This document shows positions 1-13,191 of a stretch of DNA of 58,029 nt, in pieces. The position numbers were made by a program, and so were the translations under genes. The notes beneath the pieces were generated by a model. It saw nothing but the letters and a program-made list of their open reading frames with translations, searched no databases and was not told the DNA's origin. Source of the DNA: Halocafeteria seosinensis (Eukaryota); NCBI GenBank assembly GCA_001687465.1, contig LVLI01000437.1, positions 1 through 58,029 on the forward strand, given 5' to 3'. The number at the start of each line of letters is the position of its first letter. Within the stretch, counting starts at the first letter, position 1.

Positions 1-202
1 TTTTTCTCCGGAGCTAGGGGTCCATGCAGAGTCCCAATATACAAAAGGAAGCAGTAAAAACTGATGTCTATTCGATGATTGATGTTTCAACCGGACGCAA
101 GTTTCGTATCACAGGAGGTCAGATTGGATACAGTTGGAGAGAGAATTTCTTGCCGACTTCTTAGGCTTACCGTGGACCAAATACAGTAGCAAGAGTAATA
201 AG

Positions 203-3200
203 CTAGTCTTCACCAGACTTCGGACCCTCATCGAGAAGCTTGCGCCTACTTTGTTTGTCTTTACGCGGGACGTAAGCTTGGGCTACTGGGGTTTGACCGA
301 ATTGGCGTTTCTTCTTCCCTAAAGCGTAGGCAGACGTAGGTCCCTTAGTAGACTCCACATTTTTGCTTTTCTTCAAAGCGTTCAGTTCCGAGCGAGCTTC
401 CTCGAGCTCTGCTTCTAGTTCTTTCACCCTTTCCGGACTCGTGTCTGGAGCATCCTCCTCTTCAGGGGTCTTTTCAGGTGCTGCCAGTGGGTTGTTTTCA
501 CTAACAAAGCCACTCTGGCGAGAGTAGAGTAGGCTGGCCTTGTCTGAGGACGACCCCACATGTACACCCTTCCCGGATGCTGATGTTTTGACTCTGTCTC
601 CGCCGCACGAACAGGCTGACACAGCTCGTAAAGCCGCATTCGGATAGAACGTCGAGAGCATTTCGAATCCGAACACAAACAAGAAGTATACACAGCTAAG
701 AATGACGGTTATCATTGCGAGCACACCCAGCGTCTCAAATTCTCCGCGATAGTATTGCATTGATTCCCCTTCGAAACGAGCCGACAAAAACATTATACCA
801 AACAAATTGACTAAGATGGCGCATGAGAGAAGGATTGCCTCGACTGTATTAAAGTTTGTCAGGTACCCTATGATTCGTTCCGACACCAGATATTGACCTC
901 TATTGTCTTTCATTTTCTCCCGCTGCGCTTCCCAGCCGTGACCTGCGGTGGTCTGCTTTATATTCTTCATCTTAGTGTAGTCGATGGTCTCTTGAATCCG
1001 TTTGTGTAGAGAATCGCCTTCCTTTAACCGCCGAATATGGTGCTGCACTACCTCGTGGAAGTCCTTGCTGGCCATGTACGGCTCATGCCGCACTTGGAGA
1101 ACAAATGAAACGAAAATCACCAACATCGTTACCGCCAATTGGTAAACAGGCGACGAACGGAACATCAGTGATGTAAGCGCTATCATGAATTTGCGAAGCA
1201 GAATAAGCAATATCCAGTACCACTTTCCAGGTTTGAAAAGGTGATAAAGCCGCTGGAACCTTCTGCGAAAAGAATAGTTAGGATTTGACAGTGGTGTGTG
1301 CCCATATCCGTGGGCTCGCAAAATTTGATCGTGCTTCACCCGTTCTTTGTTTTTCCTTAGGAGTACAATTGCGAAGGTCGGGAACGCTAAAACATAGATA
1401 AGCAACGTGATAACCGCAAGCGGAACCAACAGCTTCACATGAACAGGACTCTCCCAGCATATTATATCCGTTCTCCCGGACATGTAAAGGTTTCCATCCG
1501 GGGGATCCGTAGGGGCACAGTTAAAAATATCGAGGGTTCTTCTTGCCAGGAAAATGTATAATACGTACATTATAACAACTGCCGTAGCAATTATCGAATT
1601 GATATGTGTATGTCTAAGCCTCGAAGAATTCCGCAAAATGATCAGCTTGTACAGGTAGCGTGTAACATAAATAACAGCAAGGAGTCCGAATGCAAGCAAA
1701 GGAATAGCCATTGTTGCCATCCACTTTATCTCATATGTAGGCGGTGGGGACATCCAACACGAAGGGGCCGCGAGCTCCAAGTTCAGGTTAAAGAACGACA
1801 GTGCTTGTAAAGTCCTTTCCATCACCATTGGCCACTGCACACGAGTTCTTGAAAACAGAGCTAGTACCTGGAAATAGTCCACACCAATAGTAAATGCAGC
1901 CAGCCGAATACCTTTAGAGTTGACAATGTAACCACCAACAGACACCCCGATAACGCCCAAACCAAGCATGACGGCTAGAAGCCATGCATGGTCTGGACAG
2001 GACTGGCACAAACCTCCAATCCTGAAGTAACCATCAGCACAATCACTACACCTGAAACCAGTATACTCTTTCGCACATGTGTTATTTCCCGTACAAGCTC
2101 GGTTCGGTTCGCAAGGGAGGAACACTGGGCATTTTTCCCGACTCTGTCGTTTGGGGTGGCAGCGTTCCGAGGGCGTGGTGTCATTAGTGCGCCACCATTC
2201 CTCGTCTGAGTAAATCAAATCGATAAATCGTTCTCCTCCTGGACAGACTGCACCAGGTTCCTCTTCATCGCAAAATAGACACTCTTCCCCTTGTAATCCA
2301 TACCAGCCTTTCTTGCACTCAGCAATTACCAATTCAAGCCATTCAGGGAATGACTTCTCACGCCGAGCAACATGCAACTCTATACGTTTCGGTCCAACAG
2401 TGGTCTTTGGCATTTCGCAAGAAATGCTAGTATGGGGCTTCCTGATAAACGCATTCCTACATGTTTGGTTTCCAAGTTTCACCTCAAGTTCGGCGAAGTC
2501 ACCTGTTCCAAAATTAGCACCCCGAAATTCGATCGTTTCACCCATTGCATCAGGGCTATTCGGCATGATCCTGTTGATCCGAGGCGGATCGTATGAAAAG
2601 GTTGCTGATTCATTTGTTTCTGATACTCTTCCGCTAACAACTATTTGAGCCAGTAAATTTGCACCGATTCCCTCGGGAAGCATGAAGACACGACTCAAAT
2701 GCGGATTGTTACTAGTTGACGCTTCTCGAATTGCATCTTCATGACCCTCGATAATAAGTTCGATATCAGGACTCTTTTGTCCACCCGGTCCAAAATTGGT
2801 GCCGTTCAGTTGGATCGGAACTTCACCGCTTGTGGGAAAACAATCTGGATACTCGAAAATACACGACGTCTTGTTATTTCGAGTGGTGCAGCGTTCAAAC
2901 GGTGTGCAGTCCTTCGCGCTTGGTCCGTCGAGTCGATTGACAAAGTTCACCACAGGTGGGTCGAACGAAAATAGTACAGGTTGGCTGTAACCACCTGAAT
3001 CTTCCGACCAACCAGCTGGAGCGACTAGTACTTCCAGACTTTCGCCAAACCCTTCGGGAAGACGAAATACAATCTCGGAATGGCTGTAGCCTACAGGCTC
3101 ATACATTTCCCCATCAAACTGCACTTTCCCCTTCACTCCGAAGTTCTCACCGCGAAGTGTAAGGTTGACGGGGTATCCGAGGAAGGTTGTTCCATTAGTT

Positions 3201-6200
3201 GGACCGGTAAGTGGCGATAGAGAGTGTACAGTTGGCTCTTTATACCGAACAGCGTCTGTGCTAGTTTCCTGATCGTCAACAATAACCGTAATAGCCACTT
3301 CATCTCCTTGCCCTTCAGGCGGATTGCATTCAATGTACGTGTGGTTGGAACTGATGTTGGCACACTCACGCGGAGTGTCGAATGCAGACATATCGAACAA
3401 GACAGTGATATTAGGAGAGTAGTAAGGTCCATCGGCAAAGCCACCGCTTGGAGGACCAAAATTATTTCCGTAAATATAAAGCCGGTCTTCCTCGGAAGTG
3501 TCCGTCGGAAACACTTTGGGTGTGACTGTTTTGATACTAGGAGGCATGTACCGGTATGAAAAGAAGGAGGTATACTCTCCAATGGATACTTGTGCTTCTC
3601 GGACTGTCTCTTCAGATCCACCGGCGCCAGGGGGGATCTGAAAATCCAATCGCTCGTGATCATGGTACACAGGTTTCACCGTTCCCAGGACATCTGGGAA
3701 TCGTATTTCGGCGTCAACATCAAAGTCCGAAGTCCCAAAGTTGAAGCCTCTGAGGGTGACGATAGCGCCAGTAGTTGAAATCCTATCGTCTGCGTCAACT
3801 GCTGGTATGGGCACCTGTGGTACGGGCCTTTCTCGTTTTGGGTTAATCCAGTTATTGCACCCAGTATCTTTGAAAAGCAGTCTGCTAAACGAATCTGCCG
3901 TGCTTGATGAGTTAATTGCCACAAAGCAGGGTTCTGGACCACGGTAGTGAACAGTGACATCTGAACGCGGAACCTCTTTGCCTTGGACCGAAACTGAGAC
4001 GGGAAGCTCTTTCCCCATATGAGGAGGCGTAGAACAAGAAATGTTCCCAAACGAGGTCCCCGTTTGGTTATTGACAACAACACTAGTTACCTCTAAGTTG
4101 GTACATGGTTTACCGCCGATAGTCACCACAACCTGCTCGGGGTTAGTAATGTGAATCCCTCGGATTTCCTTTATATCAAACAGACGAAATTTCTCACCAC
4201 CTCTGGTTGCAAAATTGTTGAGCCGCACTCTATCGACTTGGGAAGGGATTTCAGGAAGCGGTTCTCTGAAGGAATGCTTACTTGTCCGAACGGGTTGGTC
4301 AAGGACTTGCACTTGGACTGTTTCTGTAGGGAACCCTCTTTGAGTCCTACTCAGACGATCTATATCCAATACTTTATGAATTTCGTCATGGAAATATTGG
4401 TCCGCTGGTACGTTGATTGGCTCTTCAAAATTATCAACGTAGAGACGTCCACAGCACGTCGCGTCATCGCAAGAGCTTCCCCCACACAAATTGCTTCCAA
4501 AAATAGTTAGTTTAACTTTGTCTCCTTCAACGATCGACGGAGATATCGCTTGAATAGTGGGAGGGGCATAATCAAATTTCATTGGCAGGGAATATGTGCT
4601 ACCCACCCTGAGGAAAACAGCACGGTTTGTACCAAAGCCAGAAGGCAGTGACACTCGAATCGTCTGATCAACGGTTGGAGACCCTCCTTGGTACTCGATT
4701 TCCTCCACACTAATATCCACAAATGAAACATCTTTGAGCCATTGCTGAAGAGCATCGGGAGGAAACCCCAATGCTTCCACGTTTTCAAGCCATGATGAAG
4801 GGTTCTCCTGCTGTTCGGTGAGAACTTTGGTGAGCACGTTGTCATCAATGTCAACCCTCCCTTCATCCTGTAGTCGCCGTAAATGACCGTGAGTATCCAT
4901 CATCAGTCTAATAGGAATGATTTCAACCAGGTTCGCGCCAAGATTCGTTCCGGTGATTGTCAACGTAGGCATCAACCGATCAGTTTTATCAAAACCTGTT
5001 GGACCGTGAGTCGGATTGATGCTTGATATCACTGGAGGAGCGTACGAGGTGCGAGCAACACTAAAATCACTTTTCTGCCCTGCAATAACCACAATCCACG
5101 TATGCTGTTGCCCATGACCCGGAGGAGTCGCGCAGCGAATCCGTTCGTGAGAAATAACACTGCAGCCAATTCCTTCATATGTAGTCCCCCCGGGTCCATA
5201 TGTAACAGATTCGAGAAATCGATCTGATGACCCCTGGGGGCCAAAATTCTCACCGACAATGTCGATCAACTCTCCACCCAGTGTACGCAATCGTTGCGGA
5301 TCAGACCCACTAACCCCTTCAAAATGATCGATGATTGGCTCCTCGTACGACGTCGTGGAGATCTCCGAGCTTTGCCCACCAATTCGAACTGTCCAGAAAT
5401 GGCCGGCCCCCGCTCCTGGATCAGTGGTACACTCCATCTCATTGTGACCGCGGACTTTACATTCCCGGGCTTCGAAAGTGAAGTTACCTTCGCCATACGT
5501 GACTTCGTCGACCGATTGGCCCTCCGGTCCAAAGTAGCGACCACGTATAATGATAAGTTCACCACCAGGAGTCTCCAAATCTGTAACCCCGATTTCGCTG
5601 CTGTTCGCACGAGTGTACGTAGCTACGATTGGAGCATGGTAGTTACTGACACCTGTCAGCTGATTTGAGGTTTGGTTGCCCATGTTTCCGATCCACGAAT
5701 GATTTTTTCCAACCCCTTCAACAGTAATACACTCTATTCTAGTATGGGGATCGACAACCTGACAATCGGAGGCGGTATACTCAAGACTCTCGCCATAGTA
5801 GACCGATATTCCAACTTCATTTTGAGTGCCGACCCCGGGTCCGAAGTTCCTCCCATGTAAGAACACCAGCTCGTCACCCCTCGTGTTTAAATCGCGGGGA
5901 GGTCTCCCTACTACATCAAGTACACTTTCTACTACTGGCCTGTCGTATGATATGGCTTCACTCTTCGGGCTGCGGTCGGAGAGCTGTCCTGCAACTGTGA
6001 CTTGCAAGTCGAAGTGTTCACCAAAACCTTCAGGCAAACTGCACATCAATACTGTATGGTTCTCACGAGCACATTCGGGTATCCATTCTATCCATCCATT
6101 CTTTAGGATGGCAAATATTAAATCATTTGACGGTCCAAAATTAGTGCCTCGTACACGAAGAGCATTTGGCAAACCCGTTGTTGGGAGTACTTCCGACAGT

Positions 6201-9200
6201 ATTGCAACTGTCTCAACGCTGGGTATGGAATAACCGACATCCGCTGGCTTGGCCGTCTCTGACATCTGCTCCCACTCAGGGTCGAGATATGCAGTGACAA
6301 CTCTAAATTCCAAATTCGCCCCGCCACCTTCTGCAGTACGGCAATGAATCACCTCATCACCATCACCAACAACCTCACAATCCTGTGCACGTAGCACTCC
6401 CACCTGCGCATCACTTCTACTCCAATATTCGACCACAACAGGATTCGATATGAGTGCTCGGTCAATGGATGGAATTTGTACTGGTCCGAAGTTTTGGCCC
6501 CTCAGCCGGAATTCTTGGCCACCAGAAGTGTCAGCAGGTTCAGGCCAATCTTCGATGCTATTGACAGCTGGTGGTTGGAAATGAGTCGTAAAAGGAGCCA
6601 TGCGAGAATCTTGATCAACTTGTAAGGTCCACACGAGTCCTGTACCGACACCAGGGGGCACCGAACATTCTACCATGCTGTTATTCCATTGATTGTCCAG
6701 GCGAGTACGGATACACTGACTCTGCAACACCATATGCTCTCCGGGGGAAGTGATCGTGGCACTTATCGATGCAGCACGCCATACAGGACCAAGGTCACTT
6801 CCTAGGACTTTTACCTTTGAGCCACCCATCGTCGCATGTGGATTAAACCGTGCATTTCCGATACTCAGGTCATTGACATTATTCACCACCAATGTGACGT
6901 TCGCATCATCGTATAGGTTGCCAGCGTCGGTGAGACGGATAGTAAGCCGATGGAACCACGTTTCTTCATAATTGAGGTTCGATCCTTCAATCATTCGCAA
7001 TTCATTCGATACGAACCGGAACATCCCCGGCGAGTCCGTCCAAATGATTGACAGAGAGTAGCTGTCCTCAAGATACCTATCCGTAAAGGGGAAGTCCTCG
7101 AGACTTGCAATAACATCCTCACTCGTAATACTTTCGAGAGCATCTACTTCGTATTTTGACTGATTGAATTTCGGGGGCGTATTAACAAACTCCACTGCAA
7201 TATGAATGACAAGCTGATCCGTCAGGTCCTCTTGATCCTCCACTTTCAATGTGAGATCGTAGGAGGATTTTCGGAAATAGTTAAGTTCCTCTGAGATGGT
7301 TAAGTTGACCTTGCCAGTGTGGCCTTGGTCGACAAACACCGGATTTCCAAGAGCAAATGGCAAACCGTCATCCGTTTCGGCTTCGACAATGCTGAAGCTA
7401 AGTTCCTTCTGACTATCACGATCCTGGTCATAGGCTACTAGCTCTTCGACAGCAGACCCAACGTTAGCTGTTTCTTTAACATTCAACGATATCTGCTGGT
7501 TTCCCATCATAAACTGAGGTTGCTCCGGGACGTCCTCGACCATTATCTCAAGCTTACCGGTGTAGTTGGCCTGCTTGGCAAAAGCATCCATACAAATTAT
7601 TTCGAATTTTGCCACATGGTTATCATTTTGCACCAGTGCCTCGTAGTCGAGAAGGCGGGGATCGTCGACCGTCAACCGTCCGTTTTGACGATTAAAGCGG
7701 AAGACATCATCGTAAATATACGGCTCCACCGAAATCAGCTGATACTGGACACCTCGCCTATTCGGATCAGTGCAGAGAGGGTGGAAATCCTCGTACAAAC
7801 CTTCATAGTTTTCGGGAATTCTCGTGGTTAACATTTCGCTGTTTTTAAAAGCTGAAGGTTCCATCCAAACGGGTGGCATCGGGTCGTTAGTGACTTCGAT
7901 GAAATGCGTTCCATTGACACGATGGCCGTAACTGTCCATAGCTTGTACAACGAATGAATACCATGTGCCAATGTCCGAGTCCTGCAAATCCACAGGAGTT
8001 CCCGGAGAGATCAACAGTCGACCGCCATCGCGCAGCAAGAGCGAGAAAGGCGCAGCATCTCTGCTGAATAACTCCTTGGGTCCTTCGATCAGAGACACTT
8101 CCACCAAATCACCTATATCTTCAGTTCCTGCATCAACAGTTCCGAGAGTATCACCACCGGAAGAAAACACGTTCACCGTAAAATTCTGGTGGGGCGGGGT
8201 GAAGTATGGAGCTTCCGGTACGTCTAGGACAGTGATGTGCAGTGTGAAATCGGATGACATATTTTGAACAATATCATGAGCCGTAAACTCGAGCGGTAGC
8301 ACGGCTTGTTCGCTTTGGGAGTCATAGAGGCTTTCGTAATTGGGAACATAGCCAGAAGCAATAGACACGTTCCCTTGCTCACTCAAAATTACGTTGCTCT
8401 TTAAATTTCTTTGTTCAAAGCGGTACTGCGAAGGAGCGGTAGCGAATGGTTTCTCCGTACCGGAAAGCACATCTGGGTCAGTTAGACGAATACTCCCCAA
8501 GACGCCATCGTTCGCAGTGGTATGTTCCTTGACCTGGATGTTGTTTGCTGAAGCATCCAACGTTGGAGCTTCCGCAACATCGATAATATGCACGGTAAAG
8601 TTCTCTTCCCTAGTCCCCGATGGGCTTCCAGTATCTTCAACAGTAACGAGCAAATATACAGTTTGAATAGTTTCGTAGTCCAACGCCTGGTTGAGAGTGA
8701 GCAAGCCGCCGCTACTAAGAGAAAATTGGTCAGCAGCTTCACTAGCGTCAGCGTTCAAGTCAAAGAATCGTGAATTCCCTTCTCTGTCACAGAAGTAGGA
8801 GGAAAGATCAGTTATTGTAATTTGCTGGTGATTTTCCTCCACAGTAAGTTTACCATCAGGGGGAGTGAATCTAGGTTTTTCGTTTACCAACTCAATCGAC
8901 AATCTTATTTGCGCAGGCTTGGATACTGTTGGCCCAGGCATATTATCGCTTCTTTCTATAACTCTGGCAGTAACAGTGATATCAATCCACAGGTCATGCT
9001 CTGTGCAGTTGCCACATGGAGGGTCCGCACAGAGAATAGAATTGAAAGAGGCGGTAGATACGGTAAGTTCACCCTCAGAAGAGACAGCAATGCGATTTTC
9101 GTCCTCTCCCAAGTTGTTGGTTGCTTCTATCAAGTCATATTCGAACTTCGTTCCATGTCTATCTTCTGCTTCCAGGGTACCGATTACGTCCCCCCTGCCC

Positions 9201-11939
9201 ACAGTTTCCTTGAATGTAAACTCTGAACTGAGCACTCTTGGGGCTGATCTCAATAGTTGAATCCGTAAATCTAAGAGAGCCTGTACGGCATCTGCGGACC
9301 GGTCAGTGTACTCGACGCGAACAAACCGGGCCATTTTTGTGGGATTGTCAGAGGAGAGAAACCGAGGATCTTTCACGGTCAGATTTCCATCGGATGTCAA
9401 ACTGAAGGCGTTGCAGTAGTTTTGCCGAGTACATGGAACGAATCGGGTAAATACCTCATCGCCATCTGGGTCTGTGACGAATTCCGGATGTACAATCGAT
9501 GTGATGTTTTCGCCTTCCGGGTCTTGTGTCGTCAGAACAGGGGTTCCTGGATCTGCCCGTTCGACCACGGATAAGACAGGGGGGTCCTCAGCAGGACTAG
9601 GAGGCCTATTGGGTTGTACAACATCAACGCGAACCTCTTGAACTAGCTCCCCCGGGTCATCAGGAAAGTTATCGGTGACAAGAACGTAAACCGTGTACAT
9701 ATCCTGAGAGGACTCCCTCAAGGAGATAGGCTCACTGACTTTCAACTGACCTGTACACGCCCCCACGGTGAACGGGTGATCCTGCCCAATGGTATTCCCT
9801 TCGCGATCTTCTGGAGAAAGAGTGAAAGTCAATTCCTGGCCATCAGGATCATCAAACAGAGGTGCCAGAGGGTCCCCCACTGCTTCATCCCATGAGGATA
9901 TCCTAAAAGCTTTAAATCTTTCTGGCTCACCTATATTTCCTTTCACCTTGTTTGGTTTGGAGTTAACAAATTCCACCACCATTTCGAAAGAACAAACCGC
10001 TGTGACGATTGCACTTCTATTTTCCGATGGATCTATCCCTGATTCAACGACTGTTAGTTTAACATGAACGTTATACCGTCCACAGTCGGCAAATCGTAAC
10101 GTAGATCCGTTTTCTACCTTCAGCATCGTATCAACTTGAGGTATGTTGTCAAATCTACCGCTGTGGTCGTTATCTGGCAACGTTGTTGCGACGACAGGGG
10201 AGTTCGCTGTTACATCAGCCTCGCACTTACCCCCGTCGAGGCTTCTTCCATTTTCCACTATGGACGAGACTTCGTACGTTGCTTCTTCATATGGTACTCG
10301 AATTTCTGTAGAAAGCTTTTCTCCTATAATCTCCGGAGCTTCGTCCCCTTTGACTTCTTTTACGTACATCGTATCCCTCGTATTGTGATGCTTGCAAAAT
10401 TCATCATCCCACACAATTTTATTCAGTCGTTGTCCACGGAAGCAACGAGAATCATGAGGACATTCGCGACAACCTGTACGCGTCTTCTTGCTTTGGTGAA
10501 GTGGTACGGTATATCCATCGGTACACTCCTTGCGGCAGCCGCGTTGGCAGTAGTACAAAGGGTCACCATTTTCAGGCACTCCGCATACCAATTCTCGGGG
10601 AGAAATACTACCAGCAGGACATCTGTAGCCATCGTCGCAAACATCTGTACATTGTTCAGAAGTCATTCCTCGTTCATCCCCATATCTTCCTGCCGGACAG
10701 GGATCTTTTTTAGACTCTTGACAGTACGACCCGAGAGGACACAGGGGTGCGTGGACTTGATTCGGCACCGAGCCGGTGGCGTAATGCCCTTCAGGGACGT
10801 TCCGTGGTTGAGCACTTCCCCGGGGGCAGTGCACAGTGTAATCACCACAATCTTCCCACATATCTTTCCCAGTCCCTGCTTTGCAAACAAATCCTGGGGG
10901 ACATAAGTCTGTGCAATCGCTGTGGGTCTCGCCTGGTCGTCCATATCGCCCTGGGGGGCATTTTTCACCCGCCGTCTTGCTAGTTAGTCCCCTCTCTGTG
11001 GAGAACCTTCCTGCAGCAATAGGACCCTCACATCTCCAACTGGAGGAGCCAGGCTTGGACGCATAACGGCCCATCGGACACTCAGTTTGTCTCCGAGCCC
11101 CCCGATTCGCATAGTGTCCTTGCTCCGCTTGGTAACAGAAGTCTTTTTCTTCGTCGGGCTGATAGTACCCACCTGGACAACGGGGACAGCCACTCCCTCC
11201 CGTTGAATCCTGATACCTTCCAGCATTGCAATTCAAACAGGACGTGGATCCTGCTCGATTGGCGAACCTGCCTTTAGCACATGCAATGCAGCTCGACTGC
11301 TCCTTCTGGTCAGTAAAGTACCCAGAAGGGCATCGTTGGCAGTTTTCCCATCCCTTCTTGGAGTAAAATCCCTCCGTACATACGCTGCATTGGGTCGAGC
11401 CCTCGGAGTTTTCAGCCCGTCCAGGTTCGCATTCTTTGCAGCTACTCTTTAGTAGACTATCTTGGTACCGTCCTGCTGGACATGCTTTACACGAGGTGGC
11501 CCCCGGGTCCGAAACTTTGCCCCTGGTACACGTTCTGCATTCTGATGCACCAGGGTCAGGTTGATACTTTCCAACTACACAGTCGGTGCAACTGGTGGCG
11601 CGAGTAAACATTTCCCTTTGGGGAACGGCATCGTCATTAAACAACCCCGGCTGCGAGACACATATTGGTCAAAGATGAGTTGGTTCCGCATACTTTACAT
11701 ATTCTTTATCTATCCCTGGCTAGAATCCAACGTACCTCGCAGTCACAGCAGTGGTTGGTGTTATTGACGCCGCGGTCGACCATTTTGGTGCCGACAAAGC
11801 AAAAGCAGCACTCTCCATCAATTTTGAGCTCATAGGAGCATCCATCCGGTGGAAATCCTTGTGCGTGTGTACGAGGTAATATCATCAAGGTGCAGCCGCC
11901 TAGCAGGACGGCGGAAAGGATTAGCCGCTTCGCGCTCAT
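203..11939 (-). CDS. Giant multi-pass surface receptor, paralog A (~3883 aa): signal peptide, Cys-rich TNFR/GCC2-GCC3-like repeats, cadherin-like repeats, IPT/TIG repeats, ~9-TM module, coiled-coil tail
   Basis: Exon 1 is 11939-11736 (MSAKRLILSAVLLGG...HCCDCE, hydrophobic signal peptide). A phase-0 intron 11735-11651 (GTACGT...CGCAG) joins it to exon 2, 11650-203, in frame with the 3813-aa ORF. Motifs: CxxCxxG repeats; cadherin-type LDYE, DxD and DVxExPxF linkers; repeated GxNFGP / CxTPxGxG IPT motifs; C-terminal hydrophobic helices. Colinear with the two plus-strand paralogs. Confidence 0.9.
11651..11735 (-). other. Spliceosomal intron (85 nt, phase 0) of paralog A
   Basis: GAG|GTACGT donor and TCGCAG|CCG acceptor on the minus strand. 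Removal joins CCDCE to PGLFNDD, the same junction as in paralogs B and C. Confidence 0.9.
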
Positions 11940-13191
11940 TATCTCGCTGTATATCCTGCACATAGAACATACAAACAAAATGTACAACAAATGTGTCGTT
12001 ATGCACGGAACGACAGATCCAGGTAGCATGCGCACACACTTGTGAATAAACATCATAAGCTTTAAAGTATAATTCCACCCTCCAGCTGTCAGACGCAGTA
12101 CCACCAGCAGCATGCGTCTACATCCCAAACAAGGAATCGTATATGTGTACTATGCCTGCCAGAGGGTGCCCAGCATTCGGATGAATGGACGTTTACTACA
12201 TGCTACTCACGTTTCTTTGGTACGATGTTTTTCTAGTTTGTTTTCCTTTCCCCTCGTCCTGTTGGTTGTTCGGGTTCGCCAGTCAGCCAGCCTTCTTCGG
12301 GGCTCCTTTCTCGACTGTATTGCGTTGCAGACCACAAGACAGAAAAGGAGGGTTACAAACAGAGATAGACAGACTGACCCTTTTTCAAACCCACCCAGAT
12401 GGACATGAGTATATTAATTTTAAATGCTCGGCCCGAATTGCGACTTCTTGCGAGCGAGCTCCATGCCATGCCCTGTATAATATGGACACTGCACATAAGG
12501 TGTTCCAGCGCTAGAGCTATTCAGGACAAAGCACGGACGTATCATGGGGTGCACGCTGCCTCGTACGTACACCACACACATGTATGTACAAGTGGTGGTG
12601 GATGTCCAACCAAGGCCGCATCTTGGTACGTGTTGAAGCAGCAGGAGGGTTCCTGGTTCCGGAGGAATACCGGTCATGGCTCCCCTTCAATGTTTTGCGA
12701 CTACGTGTACACGCATGATATATTATGGTATGTTGTTTCGGCTAAACCAAGCAGTGACGTCAGGATCGTTTTCAGTCTCTGTCTGCCGAGAGCGAGAGAC
12801 CTTGTACTTATTGTTTCCCGTCCTCCTCCCCCAAAAGGTGCTTCAGGTGTTCGTGCTCGCAAGACCTCGTGAGGAAGCGAGAAAGGGAAAGGGAAAGGGA
12901 AAGGGAGACCTGGAATCTCTTTCCACCAATTCAACGTCGTCGAGACTCCCTGGTTCAACGTAAGTAGGCGAGGAATGAATGAATGAATGAATGTTACATT
13001 CATTCATTCATCTCGTGGGGTATGTGTGTAAATGAATGGTGGCTTCCAGGTGGCAGGAAGGCGGGAGGACGCCTCCATTTGTGTAGTGTCTTTGTTTTGC
13101 GTGCGTCTTGATTGATCGAGTGTCTCATATATAAATGTGCAGAACGCACACGACCATGAGGATGGGGCCACCATCGTCGTCATGTAGCCGA
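11940..13191. promoter_or_regulatory. Shared divergent (head-to-head) upstream region of paralogs A and B
   Basis: The two start codons point away from each other ~1.25 kb apart. The region has a (GAAAGG)n run at ~12881-12905, a (GAAT)n/(ATTC)n palindrome at 12979-13011 and TATATAAA at 13128-13135. Confidence 0.55.
12979..13011. repeat. Perfect 16-bp inverted repeat with 1-nt spacer, built from GAAT/ATTC microsatellite
   Basis: ATGAATGAATGAATGT-T-ACATTCATTCATTCAT read directly. Confidence 0.9.

Noticed and set aside
13135..13191. Upstream ATG start for paralog B as given by the ORF track
   Set aside because: It overlaps a TATATAAA box and adds a non-signal-like extension. ATG 13192 gives an exon 1 matching A and C in length. 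Not fully excluded.
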